Source of the DNA: a virus
Lineage: Duplodnaviria; Caudoviricetes
IMG/VR virus record: IMGVR_UViG_3300037518_000299
Coordinates: 1 to 39,250 of that record
Length of the DNA stretch: 39,250 nt
Direction: 5' to 3' (one strand)
Shown here: positions 26,291 to 34,220 of the stretch, piece by piece
How the letters are laid out: every line of letters begins with the position of its first letter
Position numbering within the stretch: the first letter of the stretch is position 1
Translations under genes and position numbers: made by a program
The notes under the pieces: model-generated
What the model was told of the DNA's origin: nothing
The model's database searches: none
Seen by the model: the letters and a program-made list of their open reading frames with translations, nothing else

Positions 26291-27006
26291 CTCGCCGCCT
26301 CCCTCAGCCCGGCCGCGATCGCGGCGTATCCGGCCGCCCAGTCCTCCCGCGCCCACTGCCCAGCGGCCTCTAGCGCCGTAAGGCGATCGCCGAGCGCAAC
26401 CCGGAACGGCAGCCACGCGCCGGCGGCGTCGCCCAACGCCGCGTCATTCGCTTTCCTGGTCGCGTCGATCAACGCCTCGTCGGTCGCGTACCGATCGAAC
26501 CGGCCAGCGATTATTGATTCGTAGCTCGCAGCCAGCGCCGGCGCGGTCCGCATCAACAGGTCTTTTTGCGGCACGAGCGCGCGAGCAGTGGACGCGACGA
26601 ATTGCACAAGGCCATTTACCGGGGCCGGCGGAGGCGGAGTCGGCCCAGGCGGCGGAGGGTTCGGCGCGCCGTTCGAGATTTCGATTTCCACTGAATCGAG
26701 AATCGTTTTCCCGTCGATCGCCGAGGCGAACACAAACCGGAATTTCGATCCATTCGGCACCGCGACCGGCGCGGAAAAAAAGATCGTCGCCCGGCCCGAT
26801 TGATCGATTATCGGCCGCCAATATTGATTTTCGGGGAAGCACAGAAACTGCGGGTCGGCCCCGACGTTCTCCGGCGCGACGTCGAGAAACACTGCCTGCC
26901 CAGGCACGATTCGACCGGTTGGGCCAGCGAGGTATTCTCCGGCCAAACCGGTCGAGGCGGCCGCGAGCGACGCGGCAAGGACTGCGACTACTGCTACTGC
27001 CCGCAT
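26287..27006 (-). CDS. Secreted/envelope protein with poly-Pro linker, 239 aa
   Basis: Signal peptide MRAVAVVAVLAASLAAAS, linker PNPPPPGPTPPPPAP, and AGGAG RBS. Confidence 0.75.
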   Translation of the reverse strand: MRAVAVVAVLAASLAAASTGLAGEYLAGPTGRIVPGQAVFLDVAPENVGADPQFLCFPENQYWRPIIDQSGRATIFFSAPVAVPNGSKFRFVFASAIDGKTILDSVEIEISNGAPNPPPPGPTPPPPAPVNGLVQFVASTARALVPQKDLLMRTAPALAASYESIIAGRFDRYATDEALIDATRKANDAALGDAAGAWLPFRVALGDRLTALEAAGQWAREDWAAGYAAIAAGLREAAR

Positions 27007-27029
27007 AGTTCCCCTCTCCTGATTTAGAA

Positions 27030-27080
27030 ATCCGGCCCGGCCAGTCCATTGCAGGGAGGCAAACGGCGGCCGGGCCGGAT
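27030..27080 (-). terminator. Long GC hairpin, possible terminator or processing site
   Basis: Perfect 13-bp inverted repeat ATCCGGCCCGGCC/GGCCGGGCCGGAT in an intergenic gap, followed by only a weak U-tract. Confidence 0.45.
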
Positions 27081-27087
27081 CGGTGGA

Positions 27088-27459
27088 TCAATCGTCCCGG
27101 GCTAGCTCGATCAGCATTATCGCAAACCGTAACAGGATGCCCAGGTTTTCCGGGGTCAATAGATCATCAAATAACCCCTGCGCCGCACAAAACCGCGCCT
27201 CGACCGTGTCCACGAGATGGTCTTTCCCGCCGATCCTCGACGACGCCGAACCGACAACCTGCGGCCCATCGAGCGGCGCTAGTTTGCCCGCGATCATCGA
27301 GCCGAGGTTGACGCCGATCAATACCGCCTCCCCCCGGTGTTCCGGTAGCGACCGCGACCGGTACCAGCCTACGCCGTTTTTTACCGCCAAGACGATATCT
27401 GCGGCCGACGGCTCCGCGTAATCCTGGAAACTCGGATAGATATCCGTAATCGATGCCAT
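27088..27459 (-). CDS. Hypothetical protein with hydrophobic C-terminus
   Basis: ATG 27459 (or TTG 27468). Ends LGILLRFAIMLIELARDD. Confidence 0.6.
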   Translation of the reverse strand: MASITDIYPSFQDYAEPSAADIVLAVKNGVGWYRSRSLPEHRGEAVLIGVNLGSMIAGKLAPLDGPQVVGSASSRIGGKDHLVDTVEARFCAAQGLFDDLLTPENLGILLRFAIMLIELARDD

Positions 27460-27488
27460 ATCATTCAACCTTTCAAGAAAGACTATTT

Positions 27489-27740
27489 CTACGGCTTTAC
27501 AACAGCCAGTTTCCCCGCGTCGGTCGCCCCATTGACGTCAAGCAATACCTTAAGCGATCCGAAATCGCCAAGCGGTAACGCCGGATCATAGGCGATCGTC
27601 TCGCCGGCGCAGATCAACGAGACGGGATGCACGCCGACGACTTCGCCGAGCGCTACCTCGCCACCCAGCGGCTCGCCGCCCATTGTCGGCGGACGAGTCA
27701 GCGGCTTGAATACAATCGTGTTGGTCCGGATTGCTGCCAT
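27489..27740 (-). CDS. Hypothetical protein, 83 aa
   Basis: AAGGGA RBS. Fills the gap between neighbours. Confidence 0.6.
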   Translation of the reverse strand: MAAIRTNTIVFKPLTRPPTMGGEPLGGEVALGEVVGVHPVSLICAGETIAYDPALPLGDFGSLKVLLDVNGATDAGKLAVVKP

Positions 27741-27754
27741 GCCTGTTCCCTTTT

Positions 27755-28072
27755 TTACTTATTCCGTTCTAAAGAATCACACATTCGTTCCAGCTTAACA
27801 GAATGGTCGGCCAGCAGCCCGACGATCTCTTGCGCGTCCGCGTCCTGCTGGCCTTTAACGGTTTTGACGGCATCCGATAGCGAGATGATAGACGCGCCGA
27901 CGTCTTTTAGCGTGTCGTCGACTTTCGCGAGCGTCGCGTCGGTAGCGTCAACGTGCGAGGTAAATCGGTCAATTAGCCTGCCCATGAACTTATAGCCAGC
28001 CGCCCCCAGCGCTATCGCGCATGCCGCCCACGGTCCCTGTTTGATCGCTTCGCTCAGCAGTTCAAGTTCCAT
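27755..28072 (-). CDS. Holin-like membrane protein (N-terminal TM plus coiled coil)
   Basis: ATG 28072 with AAGGA. QGPWAACAIALGAAGYKFM is followed by heptad-like repeats. Confidence 0.5.
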   Translation of the reverse strand: MELELLSEAIKQGPWAACAIALGAAGYKFMGRLIDRFTSHVDATDATLAKVDDTLKDVGASIISLSDAVKTVKGQQDADAQEIVGLLADHSVKLERMCDSLERNK

Positions 28073-28161
28073 GGGACATCCTTGATAACCGGGGTTGGCC
28101 GACTGTCCGAGCCGGGCCAACCCCGGCCAACGGTGGAACGCGCACCTCCTGTTTACTTGAT

Positions 28162-28452
28162 TTAATCGATTTCGTCAACACATCTCGCGGCCGAGATCAA
28201 AGCGGCCTTGTCGAGCGTTGCCCGATAATCGGGGAGCCAACGCAGTCTGCCAGCTATTTTTGTCGCAAAACACACCGGCACGACAACCTCGTTATCGGGC
28301 AGTATGACGACGGCGGTCGTGGCTATATCGTGGCGATACGACCGCATTATTCGCCATCCTCGATTAGCGACGTTTTTCGTGAACTGGCGGCGAGTCATCA
28401 TGTCGCCGATTTCGGATTCGTCAACGAATGAGTCCGCCGGCCCATCATCCAT
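28162..28452 (-). CDS. Hypothetical protein
   Basis: Overlaps the upstream stop. The true start could be at the later Met-Met. Confidence 0.5.
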   Translation of the reverse strand: MDDGPADSFVDESEIGDMMTRRQFTKNVANRGWRIMRSYRHDIATTAVVILPDNEVVVPVCFATKIAGRLRWLPDYRATLDKAALISAARCVDEID

Positions 28453-28648
28453 CTCGGCCCGCCTTTCTCCGCCGTTTCAGTTCGGCCGCGATATGCGACC
28501 GCGTGCATGGAAGGTACCCTTCGGCCCATAGTATACGCTCTAAATCCGGAATAGCAATCTGCCCAAGCTTTCGCCCGGCAAACTCTCCCGCTTTTAGCTC
28601 GTGGTTTTGCGGGTCCACGATCCCAGGTTTGCGACTCCGGCCGGCCAT
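28445..28648 (-). CDS. Hypothetical basic protein, 67 aa
   Basis: TAATG stop/start coupling at 28648. Confidence 0.55.
   Translation of the reverse strand: MAGRSRKPGIVDPQNHELKAGEFAGRKLGQIAIPDLERILWAEGYLPCTRSHIAAELKRRRKAGRDG
28530..28557 (-). promoter_or_regulatory. Candidate promoter upstream of the lysis/packaging block
   Basis: TTGCTA-N16-TATACT, with the same -10 and spacing as the promoter at 39187-39214. Lies inside an ORF. Confidence 0.3.
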
Positions 28649-28920
28649 TAAAACGCCGCCCGCGGTTTCGGTGGCCGACCCCGGCCCCGCTTCGGTTGAT
28701 CCTCGGCCACCTCGGCCACCTCGGCCGGGGCCGGTACATCGCTTGGCTGCACTTCGATCTTTACCTCCCAGTCGCTGGCCTTTGGGTTCGCGGCCATGAT
28801 GGCGGCCGCGATCTGCCCGGCATCGTCAACGAGTTGCCCTAACCGCTTGCCGTCGCTGGGGCGACCACGATTTGCGATCAAGCCGGATAGCGCGGCGTAA
28901 AACAGAGGTTCAAATTCCAT
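28648..28920 (-). CDS. Hypothetical protein with AT-hook-like tail
   Basis: AAGGAG RBS. C-terminal KRGRGRPPK. Confidence 0.65.
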   Translation of the reverse strand: MEFEPLFYAALSGLIANRGRPSDGKRLGQLVDDAGQIAAAIMAANPKASDWEVKIEVQPSDVPAPAEVAEVAEDQPKRGRGRPPKPRAAF

Positions 28921-29548
28921 CGGTGTATTCTCCTTTTACCTGATGGGATCGAGCGGACGCCGACTCGTACGCTTTCTGGGAACAGCATACGGGGCACACC
29001 GCAAACCCGTCGGGCCTGACGATCCATCCGGGATCATTGGCGGCGTTGAAGGCCACCCCTGTCGGCGACGATCGGTATTGCGCGGTCGTGGTCGATTTCT
29101 TACAGATATCGCAACAGAGTTCGGCCGCGATATGCATATCGGTGCGTTCAGAGTCGGCGCGGACGCTGGCCTTGGCTGGAGCATATGGGTCCGTCCCGAT
29201 GAATTTAACGCCGTTGACCTCAGCGCTCGAGTCATGAACCGTACGCAAGAAATCCACCCTGTAGAACCGGAACCCCATTTCTATCGCCGCCAGTACCTCG
29301 GCTTTTGCCCCTTTTGATTCCCGCCAGCTAGGCAAAAGGGCAACGTGCGTGCATTTCACCAACTCGGCGAAATTGCGCCGCTGGTGCTGTTCGCGGGTTA
29401 GGGATGTGTCGTCGTAGGCCGATGGGTTGTAGACGCTGTAGCCGTTATCCCGAAACCCGTTATCCCGAAACCATTTCTCAGCCTTCCTGAAAACCTCTCT
29501 ATTGTAATTCTCGATTCCAGACATTGGCCCGGAAATGTATACGCGCAT
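28910..29548 (-). CDS. DUF4406 (nucleoside deoxyribosyltransferase-like) protein with C-terminal Cys motifs
   Basis: ATG 29548 with AGGAGG. Motifs MRVYISGPMSG...YN, YNPS and LLPSWRESKGAKAE, then CDIC...CPVC. Confidence 0.8.
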   Translation of the reverse strand: MRVYISGPMSGIENYNREVFRKAEKWFRDNGFRDNGYSVYNPSAYDDTSLTREQHQRRNFAELVKCTHVALLPSWRESKGAKAEVLAAIEMGFRFYRVDFLRTVHDSSAEVNGVKFIGTDPYAPAKASVRADSERTDMHIAAELCCDICKKSTTTAQYRSSPTGVAFNAANDPGWIVRPDGFAVCPVCCSQKAYESASARSHQVKGEYTDGI

Positions 29549-29592
29549 ATTGCCTCCTCTTTCGTTGGTTTTATCTGGTTCACCCGGCACCG

Positions 29593-30486
29593 TCAATCGA
29601 AAAGCGTCGCTGGCCGCAAACAGCCGGGTGAAAACCAGATTCGTTCGCGGCCAGCGTTTTTGTTCGTCGCCTTCTTGTTCAGGTTTCCGTATCCGCCATG
29701 AGCCTTCCACGCGACGCATTCCCAGTCGTCCGGCATTTCGTGCTCGCCCTCGTAGCCGCACAACGCAATCCGCAGCTGTCGGCGGCCACCATTCTCGACC
29801 GCCCATTTGCGGACTTCAGCGGCCGCCGTGAGCGATTCCTCCGCGTACAGCTTTTCATCTCGCCCGATACCGCCGCTGTACGGTGGGTCAAGGAACACGG
29901 CGGTTGTGCCGTGCACCACGGTCACAGCGTCGCCGATCACGCGCGACCAGTCGCCACAACAAACGCGCACGCGGCGCAACCTGTCGGCCAAGGCCGCGCA
30001 GTATTCCACGATATCGGAGTTCCGGTGCACGCCCCTGCCCGCGTCGCCAAGGTGTGGGATTCGCCGATTTGGCCGATCCCTGATTTCGCACCAGCCGCCA
30101 CCGATCCACGCTGACTGCCCCCATACCCACCAGCCCGCCTTTTTCGCGTCGTAGAAGTCGGGGTCCGTTTTCATCCGCTCGCGAAACTCCGCACGGTTCA
30201 CGAGCCATAAATGCCTCGCGTGCAAGTCGGCTTCGTTTACCGGCCAATCAGCGGCGTCGGCGACCGCCTCGGGATCGTGTTGCAGCGCGCGCCAGAAATT
30301 CGCGAGGTAGCAATCGAGGTCGTTTACGGTTTCGATTTTCGGCTCAGTCGGCCTGCCGAGTAGCACCGCCAACGAACCGGCGAACGGCTCGACGTAGTTC
30401 GCGGGGTCGCCGAACCGATCCCAGCACAACGCGGCGACGCGGGATTTGCCGCCGAACCAGGGGAACGGGGCTTTCAATTTCGTCAT
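29593..30486 (-). CDS. N6-adenine DNA methyltransferase (Dam / D12 class)
   Basis: ATG 30486. Motifs PFPWFGGKS, YVEPFAGS, ETVND and FLDPPY. Confidence 0.9.
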   Translation of the reverse strand: MTKLKAPFPWFGGKSRVAALCWDRFGDPANYVEPFAGSLAVLLGRPTEPKIETVNDLDCYLANFWRALQHDPEAVADAADWPVNEADLHARHLWLVNRAEFRERMKTDPDFYDAKKAGWWVWGQSAWIGGGWCEIRDRPNRRIPHLGDAGRGVHRNSDIVEYCAALADRLRRVRVCCGDWSRVIGDAVTVVHGTTAVFLDPPYSGGIGRDEKLYAEESLTAAAEVRKWAVENGGRRQLRIALCGYEGEHEMPDDWECVAWKAHGGYGNLNKKATNKNAGRERIWFSPGCLRPATLFD

Positions 30487-30755
30487 TCCGTAAAGCCCCC
30501 CGGCCCGTCGGCGCGGACCTTGACCTCGATATCGACGCACTCGGCGGCGTACCACTGGCATGGTCGGCACATCCAATTAGTGGATCCCGTCGGCCTGAAT
30601 TGCTTCCGGCACCGTAAGCAAGTTTTTCGGTCGGCTGGCCCGATCCCCGCGGCGCGCCGCGACACCTTAATCAGTACGCTTGATTCCTTCTCTAGAATCA
30701 CCGGACCATGATTGCCTGCAGCGATCAGTTTGTCACATTCAGATGTTTCCGACAT
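30483..30755 (-). CDS. Small CxxC...CxxC zinc-finger protein, 90 aa
   Basis: Contains CLRCRKQFRP...CRPC. Coupled to both neighbours. Confidence 0.6.
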   Translation of the reverse strand: MSETSECDKLIAAGNHGPVILEKESSVLIKVSRRAAGIGPADRKTCLRCRKQFRPTGSTNWMCRPCQWYAAECVDIEVKVRADGPGGFTE

Positions 30756-31717
30756 TAAACCCTCCGGCTGCTATCACGTAACTTCACGTCCATTCCAGCA
30801 ATTCTTGCAACCAGCATGATAAATGCCGCCGCTGCCTGGACAGGTACGACTCCATTGCCTGCCGCGCGTACCTGATCGTCTCGGTCTTGGAATCCGTAAA
30901 CTGTACCCATTCGGTCGGCCAGCCCATCAGCCACGCGCAAAAGAGCGGGTTCAAGCTCAGGCGCCAATTCAAGAACTTCGCGCCACTTGCCGACGTCGTC
31001 TTGCTTAGGCGGGAAAAGCGGCAAGGGTTGCCTCGCAGACGGGTCGGCCCCGATTCCGCCAACATCGCCGTTACCGCGGCCCACAACTGCGCCGCCGCCC
31101 AACCCGCCTTGTTCGGCTTCGTTCGCCCGTCGCCCGACGACATGAGGCTGCAATCGTTGCCCACTTTCTCCGCCGTCAAGGGCGGCCACAAAGAAAAGCC
31201 GCTTTCGCTTTTGACTCGGACCGTTGCCGGATCCATCATTGATTTCTGACGCTGTAACTGAGACTGGCGGAGGCACAACGTAACCCAATCGTCGAAGGTC
31301 CGATGCCGCGCGGAGGAACCCGAGGGGTGGCCGAAGATATCCATCCACGTTCTCAAAAAAACACCATCCCGGTCGTATTTCCTCGACAATTCGGCGAACG
31401 AACGGCCAAAGGTCTCTCCGATCGCCTCGGCCAAGTCTGCGACCGGCGACGCTCCACGGCTGGCACGGGTATCCGCCCACGATTCCATCCACTTGTCCAC
31501 GCCAGCGTTGGCAATCGAGGGTTGTAAGATCCGACCAGATAGGCGCGTCGTCCAGCCAGCCGCCCGCGATTTGATCTCCCAGGTTCGCGGCCGCAAACGC
31601 TTCCCTCTCCACGTACAACCGGCAGACAGCAGCCGGGCACGCCAATCGGACGGCCCAGTCGAGTGCGCCGACTCCGGAGCAAATCGAGATGTAGTTGATT
31701 TCGGAACGTATAGCCAC
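30755..31717 (-). CDS. C5-cytosine DNA methyltransferase, alpha polypeptide (no motif IX visible)
   Basis: GTG 31717. Motif I ICSGVG, motif IV GGYPCQ, motif VI FENV, motif VIII QKRKRLF and motif X AAGNGV. Confidence 0.9.
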   Translation of the reverse strand: MAIRSEINYISICSGVGALDWAVRLACPAAVCRLYVEREAFAAANLGDQIAGGWLDDAPIWSDLTTLDCQRWRGQVDGIVGGYPCQPWSVAGRRLGRGDRRDLWPFVRRIVEEIRPGWCFFENVDGYLRPPLGFLRAASDLRRLGYVVPPPVSVTASEINDGSGNGPSQKRKRLFFVAALDGGESGQRLQPHVVGRRANEAEQGGLGGGAVVGRGNGDVGGIGADPSARQPLPLFPPKQDDVGKWREVLELAPELEPALLRVADGLADRMGTVYGFQDRDDQVRAAGNGVVPVQAAAAFIMLVARIAGMDVKLRDSSRRV

Positions 31718-31719
31718 AC
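30784..31719 (-). CDS. Overlapping alternative-frame ORF, putative C5 methyltransferase beta polypeptide carrying motif IX
   Basis: 311-codon open frame on the same strand. C-terminal RLSLNPLFCAWLMGWPTEW resembles motif IX. The start could be a later ATG. Confidence 0.65.
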   Translation of the reverse strand: MWLYVPKSTTSRFAPESAHSTGPSDWRARLLSAGCTWRGKRLRPRTWEIKSRAAGWTTRLSGRILQPSIANAGVDKWMESWADTRASRGASPVADLAEAIGETFGRSFAELSRKYDRDGVFLRTWMDIFGHPSGSSARHRTFDDWVTLCLRQSQLQRQKSMMDPATVRVKSESGFSLWPPLTAEKVGNDCSLMSSGDGRTKPNKAGWAAAQLWAAVTAMLAESGPTRLRGNPCRFSRLSKTTSASGAKFLNWRLSLNPLFCAWLMGWPTEWVQFTDSKTETIRYARQAMESYLSRQRRHLSCWLQELLEWT

Positions 31720-31721
31720 CG

Positions 31722-31952
31722 TCAAAACCCCCCGGCTGCCTCGTGCCGCCGTCGCCAATGCCGCTGGCACCATTCGCGCCACATCCGCACTGATTGTTTC
31801 CAGTAGGCGATATCCTCGGGCCTCCGCGCGTCCCGCAACTCCGCTTCCGACGACGATAGAAAATCGACCGCGTCGCGCAGGGTAAGCGGGCGCGGATCAA
31901 CGGTCGGCGCCTCGTAGCCGTGCTTGTAATCGTGGACTGATTCAAACCTCAT
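31722..31952 (-). CDS. Hypothetical protein, 76 aa (MRFESVHDY...)
   Basis: ATGA overlap at 31949-31952. Confidence 0.6.
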   Translation of the reverse strand: MRFESVHDYKHGYEAPTVDPRPLTLRDAVDFLSSSEAELRDARRPEDIAYWKQSVRMWREWCQRHWRRRHEAAGGF

Positions 31953-32527
31953 GTTGATAGCTCCGGCTGCGCGCGACTTGCCGCCGGAACCAGGCGCAAA
32001 GCCGGACAGCCCGTACTGTCGCCTTCCATTGGCGAGATCAGCGCAAACCAACCATCGCCATCGAGCCTGAACGGCGTGCCGGCGGCGGTCGGCGGCGGGG
32101 CGATTCGTATTTCGCCCGCGCCGACGCACATTATCACCCTGCCGATTAGCCAAAGGTCGATTACGCGGCCTTGCACGGATCTTGGTATCGGATCGAAGAC
32201 ATACCGCTCGCCGTCAAGTATGAAGTCCAATGCCGCGGCGCCCAGTATTCCCGCCACATCGTCGGAAATCGTCAACTTCGGCTTAGCCTTGCGGGCGCTA
32301 TTAAGCACATTCTCGACCTTCTCTCGGACGCCGGCCGCTATTGTTGGCTCCATTTCGGTTTCGAATGCCAGCAGAAGTCTCCCGTTTGTCGCGATCAATC
32401 GCCGGCCATCGTCCGGCGTGGCCATGGCAAACGGAGTCTGCGTCCATGGATACTGCGCGGCCCTGGCCGAAAAGGGTCCACAGATGTACTTAGTCAAAAG
32501 TGCGGTCTCTCGATCCATATTTTTCAT
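31949..32527 (-). CDS. Truncated beta-sliding-clamp-like protein
   Basis: ATG 32527 with GGGAGG. LIATNGRLL and PFRLDGDGWFALISPM resemble the DnaN ATDGHRL and C-terminal liMP motifs. Confidence 0.5.
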   Translation of the reverse strand: MKNMDRETALLTKYICGPFSARAAQYPWTQTPFAMATPDDGRRLIATNGRLLLAFETEMEPTIAAGVREKVENVLNSARKAKPKLTISDDVAGILGAAALDFILDGERYVFDPIPRSVQGRVIDLWLIGRVIMCVGAGEIRIAPPPTAAGTPFRLDGDGWFALISPMEGDSTGCPALRLVPAASRAQPELST

Positions 32528-33330
32528 TTCGCCTCCCTGTACGATTCCCAATCGCAATTCAATACTATGGCGTCATCTCGCAGCCTGCCCCGTATCGCGG
32601 CCGGCAATCTGTCTTTCGCCGACTTCGCGGCGTTCATTGTTATCCACGTAAGGCGCTCATTACGGTATCGGAGATCAATAATCCGGTATAGGTTGGTCAA
32701 GTGGTACTCAGAGGCGTCGCAATGAGGCGGGACGGGGTCGGATATGGCGAGGATGTCGCACCGGATAAACAGATCAATAACGGCGCGTTCGGGCCGACGC
32801 GCCGTGATCGCGTCGCGAAACATGGCAGCCAGATCGAGGCCGTTGACCCACCGTACCGAGCGGTCGTGATCGATGATTGCGGTTCGGCAAACCGATGTGA
32901 GCAAATGATCTTTACCGACGCCCTCAGGGCCGATCAATATCAGGTTGCGGCAAGACTGCGCGGCGAACTTTTCGAGCCGCGCCACCACGGTTCGCCGGTT
33001 TTGGATGTGTCGCCGGTCTTTCGCGGTGTCCACGTTGTCCGTCATCGTTTCCGGCCGCGAACATTCGCCCACCTCAAAATTTTCTAACCGGCACCCATGG
33101 TAGCGTATTCCGATATCAGAATAGAAGCGATCTAGGTTAGCGGCTAGCCGCTCAAGCCGCTTGCGCTCCTCGGCGTCCGCCGCCGCCCGCTTTTCGGATT
33201 CCGGGTCGATCGCGGCCGCCAGCAGCTTGAGCCGCGCCGCGGACCAATCGATTCGCTTCGCCGTCGCTGCTTCCGTTTTCGTAATCGAATCCGCACATTG
33301 CCGCAACCTTTCGCGTTCGTTGTCGTTCAC
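32524..33330 (-). CDS. DnaC/IstB-like AAA+ helicase loader
   Basis: IGIRYHGCRLENF, GPEGVGKD, LYRIIDLRY...TWITMN and RLRD...WESYR motifs. Follows the initiator gene. Confidence 0.8.
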   Translation of the reverse strand: MNDNERERLRQCADSITKTEAATAKRIDWSAARLKLLAAAIDPESEKRAAADAEERKRLERLAANLDRFYSDIGIRYHGCRLENFEVGECSRPETMTDNVDTAKDRRHIQNRRTVVARLEKFAAQSCRNLILIGPEGVGKDHLLTSVCRTAIIDHDRSVRWVNGLDLAAMFRDAITARRPERAVIDLFIRCDILAISDPVPPHCDASEYHLTNLYRIIDLRYRNERLTWITMNAAKSAKDRLPAAIRGRLRDDAIVLNCDWESYREAK

Positions 33331-33360
33331 CGCTGATTGCCTCCCAAATGCCGAATGACC

Positions 33361-33389
33361 ACGTTAGCGAGTCTCCGCCGATCCGTCAA
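33361..33389 (-). promoter_or_regulatory. Sigma70-type promoter for the loader gene
   Basis: TTGACG-N17-TAACGT in the intergenic gap, followed by GGGAGG and GTG. Confidence 0.55.
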
Positions 33390-33398
33390 CCCCGGTCC

Positions 33399-34220
33399 TC
33401 AAAAAACTTCGTCGTCGTCATGGGCCGAGTGATCGACCTTCGGCCGGCCGGCCCGGCCCGGCTCAAAAATCCCCTGGTAGCCCTGCGCGATCGAAAACGC
33501 AATCGCCGCGATCGGGTCGCGCATCTCGGCACACATTTTCAAAATTCGCTTCCGTCCGATTTTCGTGTATTTCGCATTTTTGATTTTCGCCTGCTGGCGA
33601 TAACGGACCCATTCAGCCCACGCCTCCCGGAATTCGGTGGAATTTAATTCCGCCGGAAATTCAATTAAATCGACGTCGTTTTCCCCCCTCAGACTCCCCC
33701 CTTTCGAATCAGGGGGCCCGTCAGAAATAAATATCTTCCCCGAATTAATACCAGAGGGATTAATTAATTCATGAATTGAAGAAGACGTATCTACACGTAT
33801 TATTAATCCTATTGGATGGGACGAATCGAAACTGCGCGCGATCCGAGCGATTAAATCAGGAAAATCATTTTTTTGCGAACCGGTCCAGTTGACCGGAAAC
33901 CGGTCAGATTGACCGGTTGTATTTTCTTTTTTTTCTTTATTTTTGGAATTACCAACCGGTCCAGTTGACCGGAAACCGGTCAGATTGACCGGTTCCTGGA
34001 AATTGATTTTCGCCAGCAAACCATTTTTTGAGTTCACTTTTCCGCCCGATTTCAATTTTTTTATCGCCCGGCGGACGGTGGTTTCGCTCAACGAAGTCGA
34101 TTTCGCGATTTCAATTTGGGTTGGCCAGCGTGAATTTTGGGCCAAGAAATGGGCGATGGCGACCATGACGTATTTTTCGTTCGGCGATATATCGGCGTTG
34201 AATATAGCCGAGAGGTCCAT
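33399..34220 (-). CDS. Phage replication initiator (lambda O-like, N-terminal winged HTH)
   Basis: WPTQIEIAKSTSLSETTVRRAIKKL HTH, internal iterons, and a C-terminal FREAWAEWVRYR...SIAQGYQGIF domain. Confidence 0.85.
   Translation of the reverse strand: MDLSAIFNADISPNEKYVMVAIAHFLAQNSRWPTQIEIAKSTSLSETTVRRAIKKLKSGGKVNSKNGLLAKINFQEPVNLTGFRSTGPVGNSKNKEKKENTTGQSDRFPVNWTGSQKNDFPDLIARIARSFDSSHPIGLIIRVDTSSSIHELINPSGINSGKIFISDGPPDSKGGSLRGENDVDLIEFPAELNSTEFREAWAEWVRYRQQAKIKNAKYTKIGRKRILKMCAEMRDPIAAIAFSIAQGYQGIFEPGRAGRPKVDHSAHDDDEVF
33878..33994. repeat. Replication origin iterons
   Basis: Identical 41-bp AACCGGTCCAGTTGACCGGAAACCGGTCAGATTGACCGGTT at 33878-33918 and 33954-33994. Each holds two CCGGTC-N5-GACCGG palindromes, and the copies are separated by a T-rich tract. 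Confidence 0.9.

Noticed and set aside
21833-31717. Restriction-modification system
   Set aside because: No cognate restriction endonuclease lies beside any of the three DNA methyltransferases. Orphan protective enzymes are more likely.
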